DNA of 32,452 nucleotides, taken from positions 64,001-96,452 of the IMG/VR virus record IMGVR_UViG_3300028275_000480; one strand, written 5' to 3'. Shown piece by piece: positions 7,643 to 16,082 of this stretch. This stretch comes from a virus (lineage: Duplodnaviria > Heunggongvirae > Uroviricota > Caudoviricetes). The position numbers and the translations under genes were made by a program. The first letter of the stretch is position 1. Each line of letters begins with the position of its first letter. Under the pieces are notes generated by a model that saw only the letters and a program-made list of their open reading frames with translations, made no database searches and was not told where the DNA came from.

Positions 7643-7739
7643 TGGCCTTTTAATGATTATCAGTATGGTTTTTATGGTGTTTCTATAATATAATAACGAT
7701 ACATACTAATGCAGTATGTTATTACAAAGGAGAAATACT

Positions 7740-7811
7740 ATGTGGACAAAACCAGAAGCAGTTGAAATGCGTTACGGTTTCGAAGTTACAATGTATGTAA
7801 TGAATCGATAA
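7740..7811 (+). CDS. pqqA: Pyrroloquinoline quinone precursor peptide PqqA (MWTKPEAVEMRYGFEVTMYVMNR); absent from the ORF track
   Basis: AAAGGAG SD; 23 aa; MWxKP start and GFEVTMY containing the E-x3-Y pair that forms the PQQ skeleton. Confidence 0.92.
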   Translation: MWTKPEAVEMRYGFEVTMYVMNR

Positions 7812-7822
7812 CATAGCAATTT

Positions 7823-7851
7823 AAAAATCCCGCTCAGGCGGGATTTTTTTT
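7823..7851 (+). terminator. Intrinsic terminator after pqqA
   Basis: AAAAATCCCGC-TCAG-GCGGGATTTTTTTT. Confidence 0.9.
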
Positions 7852-7880
7852 GGCCGCAACAAACATATATTAAATATGGT

Positions 7881-9386
7881 ATGAGAAAAACATTTGATGT
7901 AATAATGGTAACCGATACGGCCACACACCCTAATTGGTCAAGAGGTTATGGAGCCCATAGACTTGCCAGCCATATGAGAAGTCACGGTTTTTCTGTTCTT
8001 GTGATTGATTTTTCATCGGCAATGAATTTTGATATTTGGAAACAAATATGCAATTATGCAATTGGCGAAAATACTCAAATGATAGGGTTCTCTACAACTT
8101 GGTGGCCATATCGAAACCCGTTTGATAATTCTGATACTCCAAATTTTAGAAGATGTAATGTTGAGTGGCAAACAGAAACAGGCGAAAATGATGATATTGA
8201 TCCTACATCACTAACTTATCACGCAGCCACAGGAAAAGCAAAACCTTGGATTGATATAATTAAAGAAAAAAATAAAAAAATTAAAGTAGTTATAGGTGGC
8301 CCAAAAATAGACTATTACAAAGATTTTCCTGCTGATTATTTTATAAATGGATTAGGTGAAAATCAAATACTTGACTTGCTTACACAACCAAAAAGAATCT
8401 GGCCAAAAGTATTAGAGCACGATATAAACTCAAATGCAAGAGAATGGGGTTGGAGAGAAAGCACCACGGTCTACACAGACTTTGATCAAATTAAACCAAA
8501 CGAAATTCTTACTTTAGAAATAGCCCGCGGTTGTAAGTTTAAATGTAGTTTTTGTTCGTTTCCTTTGATAGGACAAAAAGACATCGCTAGTTATCTCAAA
8601 ACAGAAGAAACCATTTATCAAGAAATGTTAGACAACTATAATAAATGGGGTACTACTAGATATTTTATTGCCGATGACACCTTTAATGATTCTATAGAAA
8701 AATTAGAAATGGTAGCAAGAATTAAATCAAAATTACCTTTCGATTTAAAGATTAAAGCCTATATAAGAATTGATGTAATTGCAACACAACGAGAGCAATT
8801 AACACTTTTACCAAAAACAGGACTGGCTTCGTGTTTTATAGGAATCGAATCGTTTCATCCAGAAGCTAGTAAATTTGCTGGTAAAGGTATGAGTGCCGAT
8901 AAAAGAAAAAAAGTTTTATACGACATAAGAGATACGTGGGGTGATAGCGTGTCTTTAAATGCAGGATATATCGTTGGGTTGCCTGGCGAGGATGAAGCAT
9001 TTGTTCGTGAACAAGCCAAATGGTTTATGCAAAAAGATTGTCCTATAAATTATGCAGCATCTTTTATTGGGTTAGTCATTAACCCATACCGTCCAGGATC
9101 TTATATTGCAGGCAGTGAGATTGATAGAAACCCAGAGGCATTTGGGTACACCATTCCGGACATGTCAAAACCCAATCACTGGATCAAAAATGACGGAACA
9201 GATATAACTTCTTATATGCAGGCCCAAAATTTAGCCAACGAACTTAACAGGCAAGTTTGGGCTGTCAATCGAGGCGAAGAAGATAATGTGGATTACAAGA
9301 TTGCAGGCAGTATACAAGATCCAAAAAATGAATATTTCATTCCGTTGATTGAGATGCTTAAATCTCTTGACATTAACCAAAATTGA
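7881..9386 (+). CDS. Radical SAM protein with N-terminal cobalamin-binding-like domain
   Basis: EIARGCKFKCSFC (CxxxCxxC), ADDTFN, GIESFH and GYIVGLPGE motifs; N-terminal GAHRLASHMR...VIDF and GGP. Confidence 0.85.
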   Translation: MRKTFDVIMVTDTATHPNWSRGYGAHRLASHMRSHGFSVLVIDFSSAMNFDIWKQICNYAIGENTQMIGFSTTWWPYRNPFDNSDTPNFRRCNVEWQTETGENDDIDPTSLTYHAATGKAKPWIDIIKEKNKKIKVVIGGPKIDYYKDFPADYFINGLGENQILDLLTQPKRIWPKVLEHDINSNAREWGWRESTTVYTDFDQIKPNEILTLEIARGCKFKCSFCSFPLIGQKDIASYLKTEETIYQEMLDNYNKWGTTRYFIADDTFNDSIEKLEMVARIKSKLPFDLKIKAYIRIDVIATQREQLTLLPKTGLASCFIGIESFHPEASKFAGKGMSADKRKKVLYDIRDTWGDSVSLNAGYIVGLPGEDEAFVREQAKWFMQKDCPINYAASFIGLVINPYRPGSYIAGSEIDRNPEAFGYTIPDMSKPNHWIKNDGTDITSYMQAQNLANELNRQVWAVNRGEEDNVDYKIAGSIQDPKNEYFIPLIEMLKSLDINQN

Positions 9387-9395
9387 TACTATAAT
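9367..9395 (+). promoter_or_regulatory. Consensus sigma70 promoter
   Basis: TTGACA, 17 nt, TATAAT. Confidence 0.85.
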
Positions 9396-9425
9396 ATATT
9401 TTGTATTAAACAAATTTGGTGAAAC

Positions 9426-9815
9426 ATGAGTATGCATTTAGAAGGTCCGTGGCTTAGTACCACCGGCAAGAAAAAAGGCAAGCAAAAATTTCGTAATGCT
9501 GAACAAGCAAGAAAGGCTCGTGAATTGGACGAATCTTGGAAAGAGCTTCAAAAGAAATGGGGCATAGAGGCCGAAGAACGCAAACGTAAGCGTGGTCTCG
9601 AAGCTCCGGTTATGACTCCTGTGGTTACTCAACCTTATCGAAGAGAAACACCACGAATCAATAGTTTACCTTTTACAGCCGGTCCTTGTCTAAAGGCACC
9701 TGACAAGGTTTATACTGGAACGGCTATCAAAGGCATTGGTACTATGCATAAGAGTAATGCTGTACCAATCTTCAGTGATAAAGAAGCTGAAGATATTGCC
9801 AAAATGCGTCGATAA
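9426..9815 (+). CDS. Conserved hypothetical protein of T4-like phages
   Basis: Basic 129-aa ORF with a YTGT..KGIGTMHKSNAVPIF block that I recall from T4-like phage hypotheticals (not searched). Confidence 0.7.
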   Translation: MSMHLEGPWLSTTGKKKGKQKFRNAEQARKARELDESWKELQKKWGIEAEERKRKRGLEAPVMTPVVTQPYRRETPRINSLPFTAGPCLKAPDKVYTGTAIKGIGTMHKSNAVPIFSDKEAEDIAKMRR

Positions 9816-9859
9816 TTACCTATTTTAGCCGATGATTTTGGATAAGATGGTATATATTA

Positions 9860-10105
9860 CTACGTTTCGCAAAGAAACTAAGATAGTTGGATCATCATTG
9901 ATGCACGTAAGTGAGATGATCCGGCGGGTCTTGGCTAATGAGAAACCCGTATTTTCGGGATGCCAAGGGTCGCCAAAGGCACATAGGTTATGAGACTATG
10001 CGTCCGATGGAGACAACTACACGAAAGTAGGGTTCTTTCAGAGCCTCGTGAAGTTAAACTCCCTTAATGTAATGTTGTTGCGGTGCAGTAATGCACTAAC
10101 ATAAC
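9860..10105 (+). ncRNA. Candidate large structured RNA or 5' leader of the cell-wall hydrolase gene (family unrecognised)
   Basis: Ten or more short helices in a 310-nt gap, several capped by GNRA-type loops; see findings. Confidence 0.55.
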
Positions 10106-10125
10106 ACCAAGTCAAAGGAGGACTT

Positions 10126-10686
10126 ATGGAAAAAGTAGTTAAATTTACAACCTGTCTGATTGGGTTGATGTTAGTATCACTTTTGGTTCAAAATGTTACA
10201 CAAGCCAAAATGACTAAACTTCGTACAACTACATTGGCTGAATCGCCATCAGTAGTATCAATTAAAACCGTTGAACGTAATCTCGATTGCATGGCAATGA
10301 ACATTTATAGAGAAGCCGGTTACGAACCTTTTGAAGGAAAAGTAGCGGTAGCACAAGTAACTATGAATCGAGTTAAATCCGGACGTTTTGGCAATGACGT
10401 TTGCGGAGTGGTTTATCAAAAGAATATAATTATGGAAAAAGTTGTATGCCAATTCTCATGGGCATGTGACTCTGCGGCAAAGGCAAGGCCAGTAAATCAT
10501 GCCGCTTACCAAGAAAGCTATGAAGTAGCTAAAAAAGTTCTTTTAGAAGGGTTTTCTTTAAGTGTATTAAAAGATGCTCTCTATTATCATGCCGCTTATG
10601 TTAATCCAAGATGGCCATTAGAAAAGATTGGTCAAATTGGACAACATATTTTTTATAAACCAAAATCTAATAGCAAGGACATTTAA
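10126..10686 (+). CDS. Cell-wall hydrolase, SleB/Hydrolase_2 family, with N-terminal membrane anchor
   Basis: CMAMNIYREA.YEP..GKVAVAQVTMNRV, CQFSW, ALYYHA..VNP.W and IGQHIFY; AAGGAGG SD. Confidence 0.9.
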   Translation: MEKVVKFTTCLIGLMLVSLLVQNVTQAKMTKLRTTTLAESPSVVSIKTVERNLDCMAMNIYREAGYEPFEGKVAVAQVTMNRVKSGRFGNDVCGVVYQKNIIMEKVVCQFSWACDSAAKARPVNHAAYQESYEVAKKVLLEGFSLSVLKDALYYHAAYVNPRWPLEKIGQIGQHIFYKPKSNSKDI

Positions 10687-10688
10687 AA

Positions 10689-11009
10689 ATGAATTTACCT
10701 ACTATGCCAAAATTTGATCTTAATCAAGTTAAAGAATTTTTTGTTAATAAGTTTAGCCATATTTCAGCAGAAACATTTGGTTGGATGGCTGTTATTGTTT
10801 TACATGCTTCAACCGTTCCGAGTTTACTTGCAGTAATGAGTGGACTAACGGATCGACTACCTGGAGTAGATTTAGTATTGTTAGTTTGGACTGGTCTTAC
10901 TTTACTTTTTGTTAAGGCGGCTGTTCAAAAAGACATGCTCAATTTAATTACTATCGGTTTTGGATTTATTCTACAAGCCGTAATGATGGCGTTAATCTTC
11001 TTTAAGTAA
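10689..11009 (+). CDS. Small multi-pass membrane protein
   Basis: About three hydrophobic segments in 106 aa. Confidence 0.7.
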   Translation: MNLPTMPKFDLNQVKEFFVNKFSHISAETFGWMAVIVLHASTVPSLLAVMSGLTDRLPGVDLVLLVWTGLTLLFVKAAVQKDMLNLITIGFGFILQAVMMALIFFK

Positions 11010-11018
11010 ATTGGCAAA

Positions 11019-11055
11019 CATCACCGTTGACTTTGGTTGGCGGTGGTGCTATACT
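11019..11055 (+). promoter_or_regulatory. sigma70 promoter with inverted repeat enclosing the -35 box
   Basis: TTGACT (11027-11032), 17 nt, TATACT (11050-11055); CATCACCG...CGGTGGTG. Confidence 0.72.
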
Positions 11056-11089
11056 AATAATGTCGTAATTCACACACAGAAAGGCAGTT

Positions 11090-11575
11090 ATGAAAAAGGC
11101 TCTTATTATTGCTCCGTTGGTAGCAGCCCTTGTTGGTTGCGCTGGTATGAAAGATATTGAAGAACGCAAGACTTATGCTCAACCTAGTTGGTATCAAGAT
11201 TGCGCACAAGCTGGAACAGAAGGTTGGTTCTGGTGGTCAAAAGATTATGCATACGCCTGTGGCGCAGGTGAATCAATTCACGCACAAGCCGCAGAAGAAC
11301 AAATGTATGCAATTGCTATGAACAACTTTGCCAAACGTATTAACAGCGAAGTAAACAGCAATACCGATATCATTTTTGATAACGATAAAAAGACTACATA
11401 CACTAAAATTTCTTACGTTGTTAAGAACACAACTATCCGTGAACACCTTCAACGTGAAGTTGGTCATTTTACTATGAGTGGTCGTCATTACACTTTTGTT
11501 CGTTTGAAAATGCCTAAGGCAGTTTTTGATCAGTTGATTGCCGAAGCCAAAGAACAGAAAGTTGCGGGACGATAA
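11090..11575 (+). CDS. Lipoprotein (LPP20-like)
   Basis: Signal peptide ending in lipobox LVGC. Confidence 0.72.
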   Translation: MKKALIIAPLVAALVGCAGMKDIEERKTYAQPSWYQDCAQAGTEGWFWWSKDYAYACGAGESIHAQAAEEQMYAIAMNNFAKRINSEVNSNTDIIFDNDKKTTYTKISYVVKNTTIREHLQREVGHFTMSGRHYTFVRLKMPKAVFDQLIAEAKEQKVAGR

Positions 11576-11928
11576 TGCATCCCTACACCGTGAAGAACTA
11601 TCTGTGGGCTGTAATAATTTTGATGTTTATCATTATTGCACTCACAGGTTGTTCGTCGACACCCCAGGTACAGGCCAAGAAGCCGCAATATTGTTATACC
11701 GAACAAACTATTCAAACAAAGAATGGTGAAAAGGTTAACAGCACAACTACCGTCGAATGTACTGACGATCAAATTAAACGACTAACCGCCAAACGTTTGG
11801 GCCTAGCACCTAACTGCGGTGAGTTTACATATTGGATGCAGATTGGAGGCAAGAATGTTCAACGGACTGGTATCAGTTGTCAAAAACTGGACGGTAGTTG
11901 GGAGATTGTTAATACTTCTGGTACTTAG
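11575..11928 (+). CDS. Cys-containing lipoprotein; ends in TAG
   Basis: Lipobox LTGC; TAATG overlap with the upstream gene. Confidence 0.72.
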   Translation: MHPYTVKNYLWAVIILMFIIIALTGCSSTPQVQAKKPQYCYTEQTIQTKNGEKVNSTTTVECTDDQIKRLTAKRLGLAPNCGEFTYWMQIGGKNVQRTGISCQKLDGSWEIVNTSGT

Positions 11929-12286
11929 TACCAATGCCAATGGCGTTGAAATTAACAATCCAAAATTCTTTGATTATCGAGGCGGTTCGTGGGCCAACCA
12001 ACTAATTGAAATGTCGTTTGGTTGGTTTAAAACTCTTGACAAAGAACAATCGGCAGTCTATAATCAAAGTATTACTCATGCCGTTATGTATGCCGAAAAC
12101 GGTCAGGCTGTTACTTGGTATCAAAATGATGCCAGTGGTGTTTCTGTTCCCGTAATGACTTGGCCGGTATCAGACGGGTATTGTAGACGTATGCATATCC
12201 AAGTAATTGCATACAACGTAGAGAAAACAATGGCTGCAACTGCCTGTTTCTCAAATAGTAGCAATTATTGGAGATGGTTTAACTAA
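11855..12286 (+). CDS. Exported protein resembling the 17-kDa surface antigen (RT0821/Lpp0805-like) C-terminal domain
   Basis: GGAGG SD before ATG 11855; signal-like N-terminus; NGQAVTW...G.C.R...TAC..W pattern; 74-nt overlap with the upstream gene. Confidence 0.6.
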   Translation: MFNGLVSVVKNWTVVGRLLILLVLSTNANGVEINNPKFFDYRGGSWANQLIEMSFGWFKTLDKEQSAVYNQSITHAVMYAENGQAVTWYQNDASGVSVPVMTWPVSDGYCRRMHIQVIAYNVEKTMAATACFSNSSNYWRWFN

Positions 12287-12299
12287 TAAATATTATTTC

Positions 12300-13718
12300 A
12301 TGAAAATAACTTTTAGCGATAAACTAATAGCTTGGCTAACTTTATTCAGCGGATTATCAATTTCCGCTGTCGCCGTTTATTATAGCGTAGCGGGTCTAGT
12401 TTCTATATTCGCCGCTGCCGCTATACCTATTATGATTATGGGTGTGGCATTAGAAGTTAGCAAATTAGTTGCCACCGTATGGATAAAATGGAATTGGTCT
12501 CGAGCCCCTAGACTAATTAAGGTTTATCTCATGATAGCTATCACCATTTTGATGATGATTACATCAATGGGTATATTTGGCTACCTTTCAAAAGCACACC
12601 TAGACCAAGCGGTTCCTACAGGTGATGTTGCCGATAAGGTTTCACTTATCGATGAAAAAATAAAAACACAAAAGGAGAACATCGATGCTGCTCGAAAGGC
12701 TCTTAAACAAATGGACGAATCTGTTGACCAAGTTATGGCAAGATCAACAGACGAAAAAGGTGCAGACAAAGCCGCTGCCTTGCGAAGAAGTCAAGCAAGA
12801 GAAAGGTCACAATTACAAAATGATATTGCAAAGGCCCAGAAAGAAATATCTGTTCTCAACGAAGAACGTGCTCCAATCGCCAAGGAACTCCGTAAGGTTG
12901 AAGCTGAAGTCGGACCAATCAAATACATCGCTGCCCTCATTTATGGCGACAACCCCGACCAAAATCTCTTAGAATCAGCCGTACGATGGGTAATCATTAT
13001 TATTGTTATAGTATTTGATCCTTTGGCAGTTATTTTATTATTGGCTAGCCAATATAGTTTCCAATGGTTTCGCGAAGCAGATGAAGATGAAATGCGTGAG
13101 GAATATGATTTTTCCGAAGGAACTATTGGACCAGTAATAAAAAATGATGAACCACAAGAACCAGAACCAGTAGAAACGGATTATAAAGAAAGTGCGTGGC
13201 CTTTCAAAGTATCTTCTGACCCTCATCCCGTAGGATGGATGTATCCTAAACATGCTGATATTCAAAATTATCATGTAGAAGATGCCGACGATGAAGAATT
13301 TGATAATGAAGAAATAGACGAAGATGATCCTGGTGATACCGATGCTGTAAAAGATGCTAAAGCTCGATGGAAACACGACCATCCAGGGAGTTCTTTAAAG
13401 CAACAACGTAGATTATTAGAAAACGGTATTATTGATCATCTACCTTGGGAAGATTATTTAAAACCTGAAGCTGATATTGCTGCCGAAGAAGCTAAAAAAT
13501 GGGCTGAAGAAAATCCAGAAACTGAAGAGGCAACAGAAGCAAAGGAATGGGCCAATGAAAGAATGGACGAACGTCCAGGTGACTACATTCCAGCAAAAGA
13601 AACCTATATGGAAAATGTTGACGGCACACAGGTTACTAAAACAATTGAAGGTTATCATCAAAACGAAGAACAAACTCAATCTACACTTTGGAATAAAATT
13701 CAACAGGCCAAAAAATGA
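12300..13718 (+). CDS. Membrane protein with coiled coil and acidic C-terminal tail
   Basis: Three N-terminal TM helices, a long heptad region, one further TM segment and a D/E-rich tail. Confidence 0.75.
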   Translation: MKITFSDKLIAWLTLFSGLSISAVAVYYSVAGLVSIFAAAAIPIMIMGVALEVSKLVATVWIKWNWSRAPRLIKVYLMIAITILMMITSMGIFGYLSKAHLDQAVPTGDVADKVSLIDEKIKTQKENIDAARKALKQMDESVDQVMARSTDEKGADKAAALRRSQARERSQLQNDIAKAQKEISVLNEERAPIAKELRKVEAEVGPIKYIAALIYGDNPDQNLLESAVRWVIIIIVIVFDPLAVILLLASQYSFQWFREADEDEMREEYDFSEGTIGPVIKNDEPQEPEPVETDYKESAWPFKVSSDPHPVGWMYPKHADIQNYHVEDADDEEFDNEEIDEDDPGDTDAVKDAKARWKHDHPGSSLKQQRRLLENGIIDHLPWEDYLKPEADIAAEEAKKWAEENPETEEATEAKEWANERMDERPGDYIPAKETYMENVDGTQVTKTIEGYHQNEEQTQSTLWNKIQQAKK

Positions 13719-14128
13719 CTAATTCGGTAATTGTTGTAACACCTCCAGACGACACATTATTAGACGGAGTGAGGATAGCATTAGTAGATCTTGCTCCGGA
13801 TCAAACACAAATAATTTCAGATTCCTTAAAAGAAATTAATAATAACAATCGAGTCATTTTATACTATTGGAAAATGGGTAATCCTGTAGACTGGTTACTG
13901 AACATAAAACCTAAAGCCGATCTTATTATTTTTAATGCAGATGCACAGGCAAATGGTGCTATTGAACTAATAATTGGTTATATGGCAGCACAATCAAATT
14001 CGTACTACTTCGGTACCCTAAGAGATCTAAATAAAGTCAATGACTCTGTCATTTATTCAAAGGAAGATTTAAAAGAATTACTTTTAACAACATTGGAAAA
14101 TTATGAAACACAACACTCTCACAGGTAA
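13715..14128 (+). CDS. Hypothetical protein
   Basis: ATGA-coupled 137-aa ORF. Confidence 0.7.
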   Translation: MTNSVIVVTPPDDTLLDGVRIALVDLAPDQTQIISDSLKEINNNNRVILYYWKMGNPVDWLLNIKPKADLIIFNADAQANGAIELIIGYMAAQSNSYYFGTLRDLNKVNDSVIYSKEDLKELLLTTLENYETQHSHR

Positions 14129-14336
14129 TAAGGTTTTTGTAAAAGACGGTGAACCATTTGAAAAGGCTCTAAGACGTTTTAAGAAAAAAGTCGAGGATAG
14201 TGGACTTATGGAAGACCTTCGAAAAAAAGAATGTTATTTAAAACCTAGCGTTCTTAGAAAAACACAAAAATCCGCTGCCAGAGCAAGATGGCTCAAAAAG
14301 ATCAGAGATAATCAGTTACCTAAAAAAATGTATTGA
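14103..14336 (+). CDS. rpsU: Ribosomal protein bS21
   Basis: GEPFEKALRRFKKKVEDSGLMEDLRKKECYLKPSVLRK. Confidence 0.92.
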   Translation: MKHNTLTGNKVFVKDGEPFEKALRRFKKKVEDSGLMEDLRKKECYLKPSVLRKTQKSAARARWLKKIRDNQLPKKMY

Positions 14337-14361
14337 CACTTTGTCAGAAAGGTAGTATAAT
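14333..14361 (+). promoter_or_regulatory. Consensus sigma70 promoter with a palindrome on the -35 box; leaderless geometry
   Basis: TTGACA, 17 nt, TATAAT; TGACA-CTT-TGTCA palindrome; ATG 14368 six nt after the -10 box. Confidence 0.85.
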
Positions 14362-14367
14362 ATTTGT

Positions 14368-14949
14368 ATGAACACAGATATTATGATTGACTTGGAAACG
14401 CTAGACGTTCTCCCATCCGCTACTATACTAACTATCGGAGCAGTTAAATTTGATCCGTTTGGTATGGACATTCAAGAACCCGCAATGGAAAAATTCTATG
14501 TAAGAGTAGATATTGATAGTTGCGATAGATTAGGTTGTACCGTTAGTCAAGCAACCTTGGACTGGTGGTCACAACAGGCCCAAGCGGCACAAGACGAAGC
14601 ATTTGATCCCTCAGGAAGAATCGATATTGTTGATGCTATGAATCAACTTTATAAATTCTGTTGGGGCGGTAAACGTGTATGGAGTCACGGTGCTGGATTT
14701 GATGTTATTATTTGCGAACATCTATTTCGAAAAATTGGCAAAGCAGTTCCTTGGCAATTCTGGGAAGTTCGAGATACACGAACATTATTTGACATCGGAA
14801 TTGATCCAAATAGACCCCCTGTACTAAAACATCATGCCTTAGAAGATGCATGGAATCAAGCAGTTGGAGTACAAAACGTATTTCAAAAATTGCGTAGTTC
14901 TACAATGTATGACGGTAAGATGATTACTCCTTTTGCTAATCAAAGATAA
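14368..14949 (+). CDS. DEDD-family 3'-5' exonuclease/exoribonuclease (phage type)
   Basis: [21 protein letters not shown] and HHALEDA motifs. Confidence 0.85.
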   Translation: MNTDIMIDLETLDVLPSATILTIGAVKFDPFGMDIQEPAMEKFYVRVDIDSCDRLGCTVSQATLDWWSQQAQAAQDEAFDPSGRIDIVDAMNQLYKFCWGGKRVWSHGAGFDVIICEHLFRKIGKAVPWQFWEVRDTRTLFDIGIDPNRPPVLKHHALEDAWNQAVGVQNVFQKLRSSTMYDGKMITPFANQR

Positions 14950-14951
14950 TT

Positions 14952-15971
14952 ATGAGAATTGAAGAAGACATTAAACTTGATTTTAAAGATGTTCTGATTC
15001 GTCCTAAACGCAGTACTCTTTCTAGTCGCAAAGAAGTAAACTTAAAACGTACATACAAATTTAAGCATAGCGGTACAGAGTGGACAGGAGTCCCTGTTAT
15101 GGCTGCTAACATGGATGGCGTAGGTACTTTGCAAATGGCTCATGCGCTATATGAGCATAAAATGTTTACTTGCTTAGTAAAGAACATTGACACTTTATAT
15201 CTTCAAACTACTACCGAAGATATTGGCGGAAATTATTTTGCTGTAAGCACAGGAACAAGTGACAATGACTTCGAACGCCTGAGCAGAATTCTTAAAGACT
15301 ATCCAGCAATTCATTTTATTTGCATTGATGTAGCTAATGGTTACAGCGAACATTTTGGAGATTTTGTCTCAAGAGTTCGCAATGCGTGGCCTACGCATAC
15401 AATTATTGCAGGTAATGTTGTTACTGCGGATATGACACAGGAACTTATTTTAAGAGGAGCAGACATTGTCAAAGTTGGAATCGGACCAGGGTCGGTATGT
15501 ACGACTAGGATACAAACTGGGGTTGGCTACCCGCAACTTTCTGCAATCATTGAGTGCGCTGATGCGGCTCATGGGCTCGGTGCCCATATCATTGCTGATG
15601 GCGGTTGCACTTGCCCAGGCGATGTGGCTAAGGCATTTGGAGCAGGCGCAGACTTTGTCATGCTGGGCGGGATGCTAGCCGGACACGACGAAGGCGGCGG
15701 AAAAGTCGAAGACGGAATGGTTACATTTTACGGAATGAGCTCGGATACCGCAATGAATAAACATCACGGCGGAGTAGCTGAATATCGTAGCAGTGAGGGC
15801 AGGACCGTAAATATCAAATATAAAGGACCTGTAAATTCTACGGTTCTTGATTTATTAGGCGGTTTGCGTAGTTGTTGCACATATGTAGGAGCAGCTAGTC
15901 TTAAACAATTAAGTAAATGTACCACATTTATTAGAGTAAACCGCCAAATAAATGACGTTTTTATTACCTAA
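14952..15971 (+). CDS. guaC: GMP reductase
   Basis: [51 protein letters not shown] and YRSSEG. Confidence 0.95.
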   Translation: MRIEEDIKLDFKDVLIRPKRSTLSSRKEVNLKRTYKFKHSGTEWTGVPVMAANMDGVGTLQMAHALYEHKMFTCLVKNIDTLYLQTTTEDIGGNYFAVSTGTSDNDFERLSRILKDYPAIHFICIDVANGYSEHFGDFVSRVRNAWPTHTIIAGNVVTADMTQELILRGADIVKVGIGPGSVCTTRIQTGVGYPQLSAIIECADAAHGLGAHIIADGGCTCPGDVAKAFGAGADFVMLGGMLAGHDEGGGKVEDGMVTFYGMSSDTAMNKHHGGVAEYRSSEGRTVNIKYKGPVNSTVLDLLGGLRSCCTYVGAASLKQLSKCTTFIRVNRQINDVFIT

Positions 15972-16010
15972 ATTTAAATATTTTTAAAATCTCGGTGATA
16001 AATATTTTTG

Positions 16011-16082
16011 TTAGCGTACCAGGTGGGCGTTAACAGGGGCAAAGGGCCCAAACAGATCTTACTTTAAAAGGAGATGACTATG
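16011..16082 (+). promoter_or_regulatory. ROSE-like RNA thermometer leader of dnaK
   Basis: Two hairpins, then TCTTACTTT pairing with AAAGGAGA (SD); paralogous to the hsp20 leader. Confidence 0.65.

Noticed and set aside
7881-9386. Radical SAM protein as PqqE
   Set aside because: The cluster motif is central, after a B12-like domain; there is no C-terminal SPASM cysteine set; and a terminator separates it from pqqA.
9860-10105. RNase P RNA, group I/II intron or c-di-GMP riboswitch
   Set aside because: It lacks the GAGGAAAGUCC P4 strand, a group II domain V and the GEMM consensus; only short chance-level similarities were seen.
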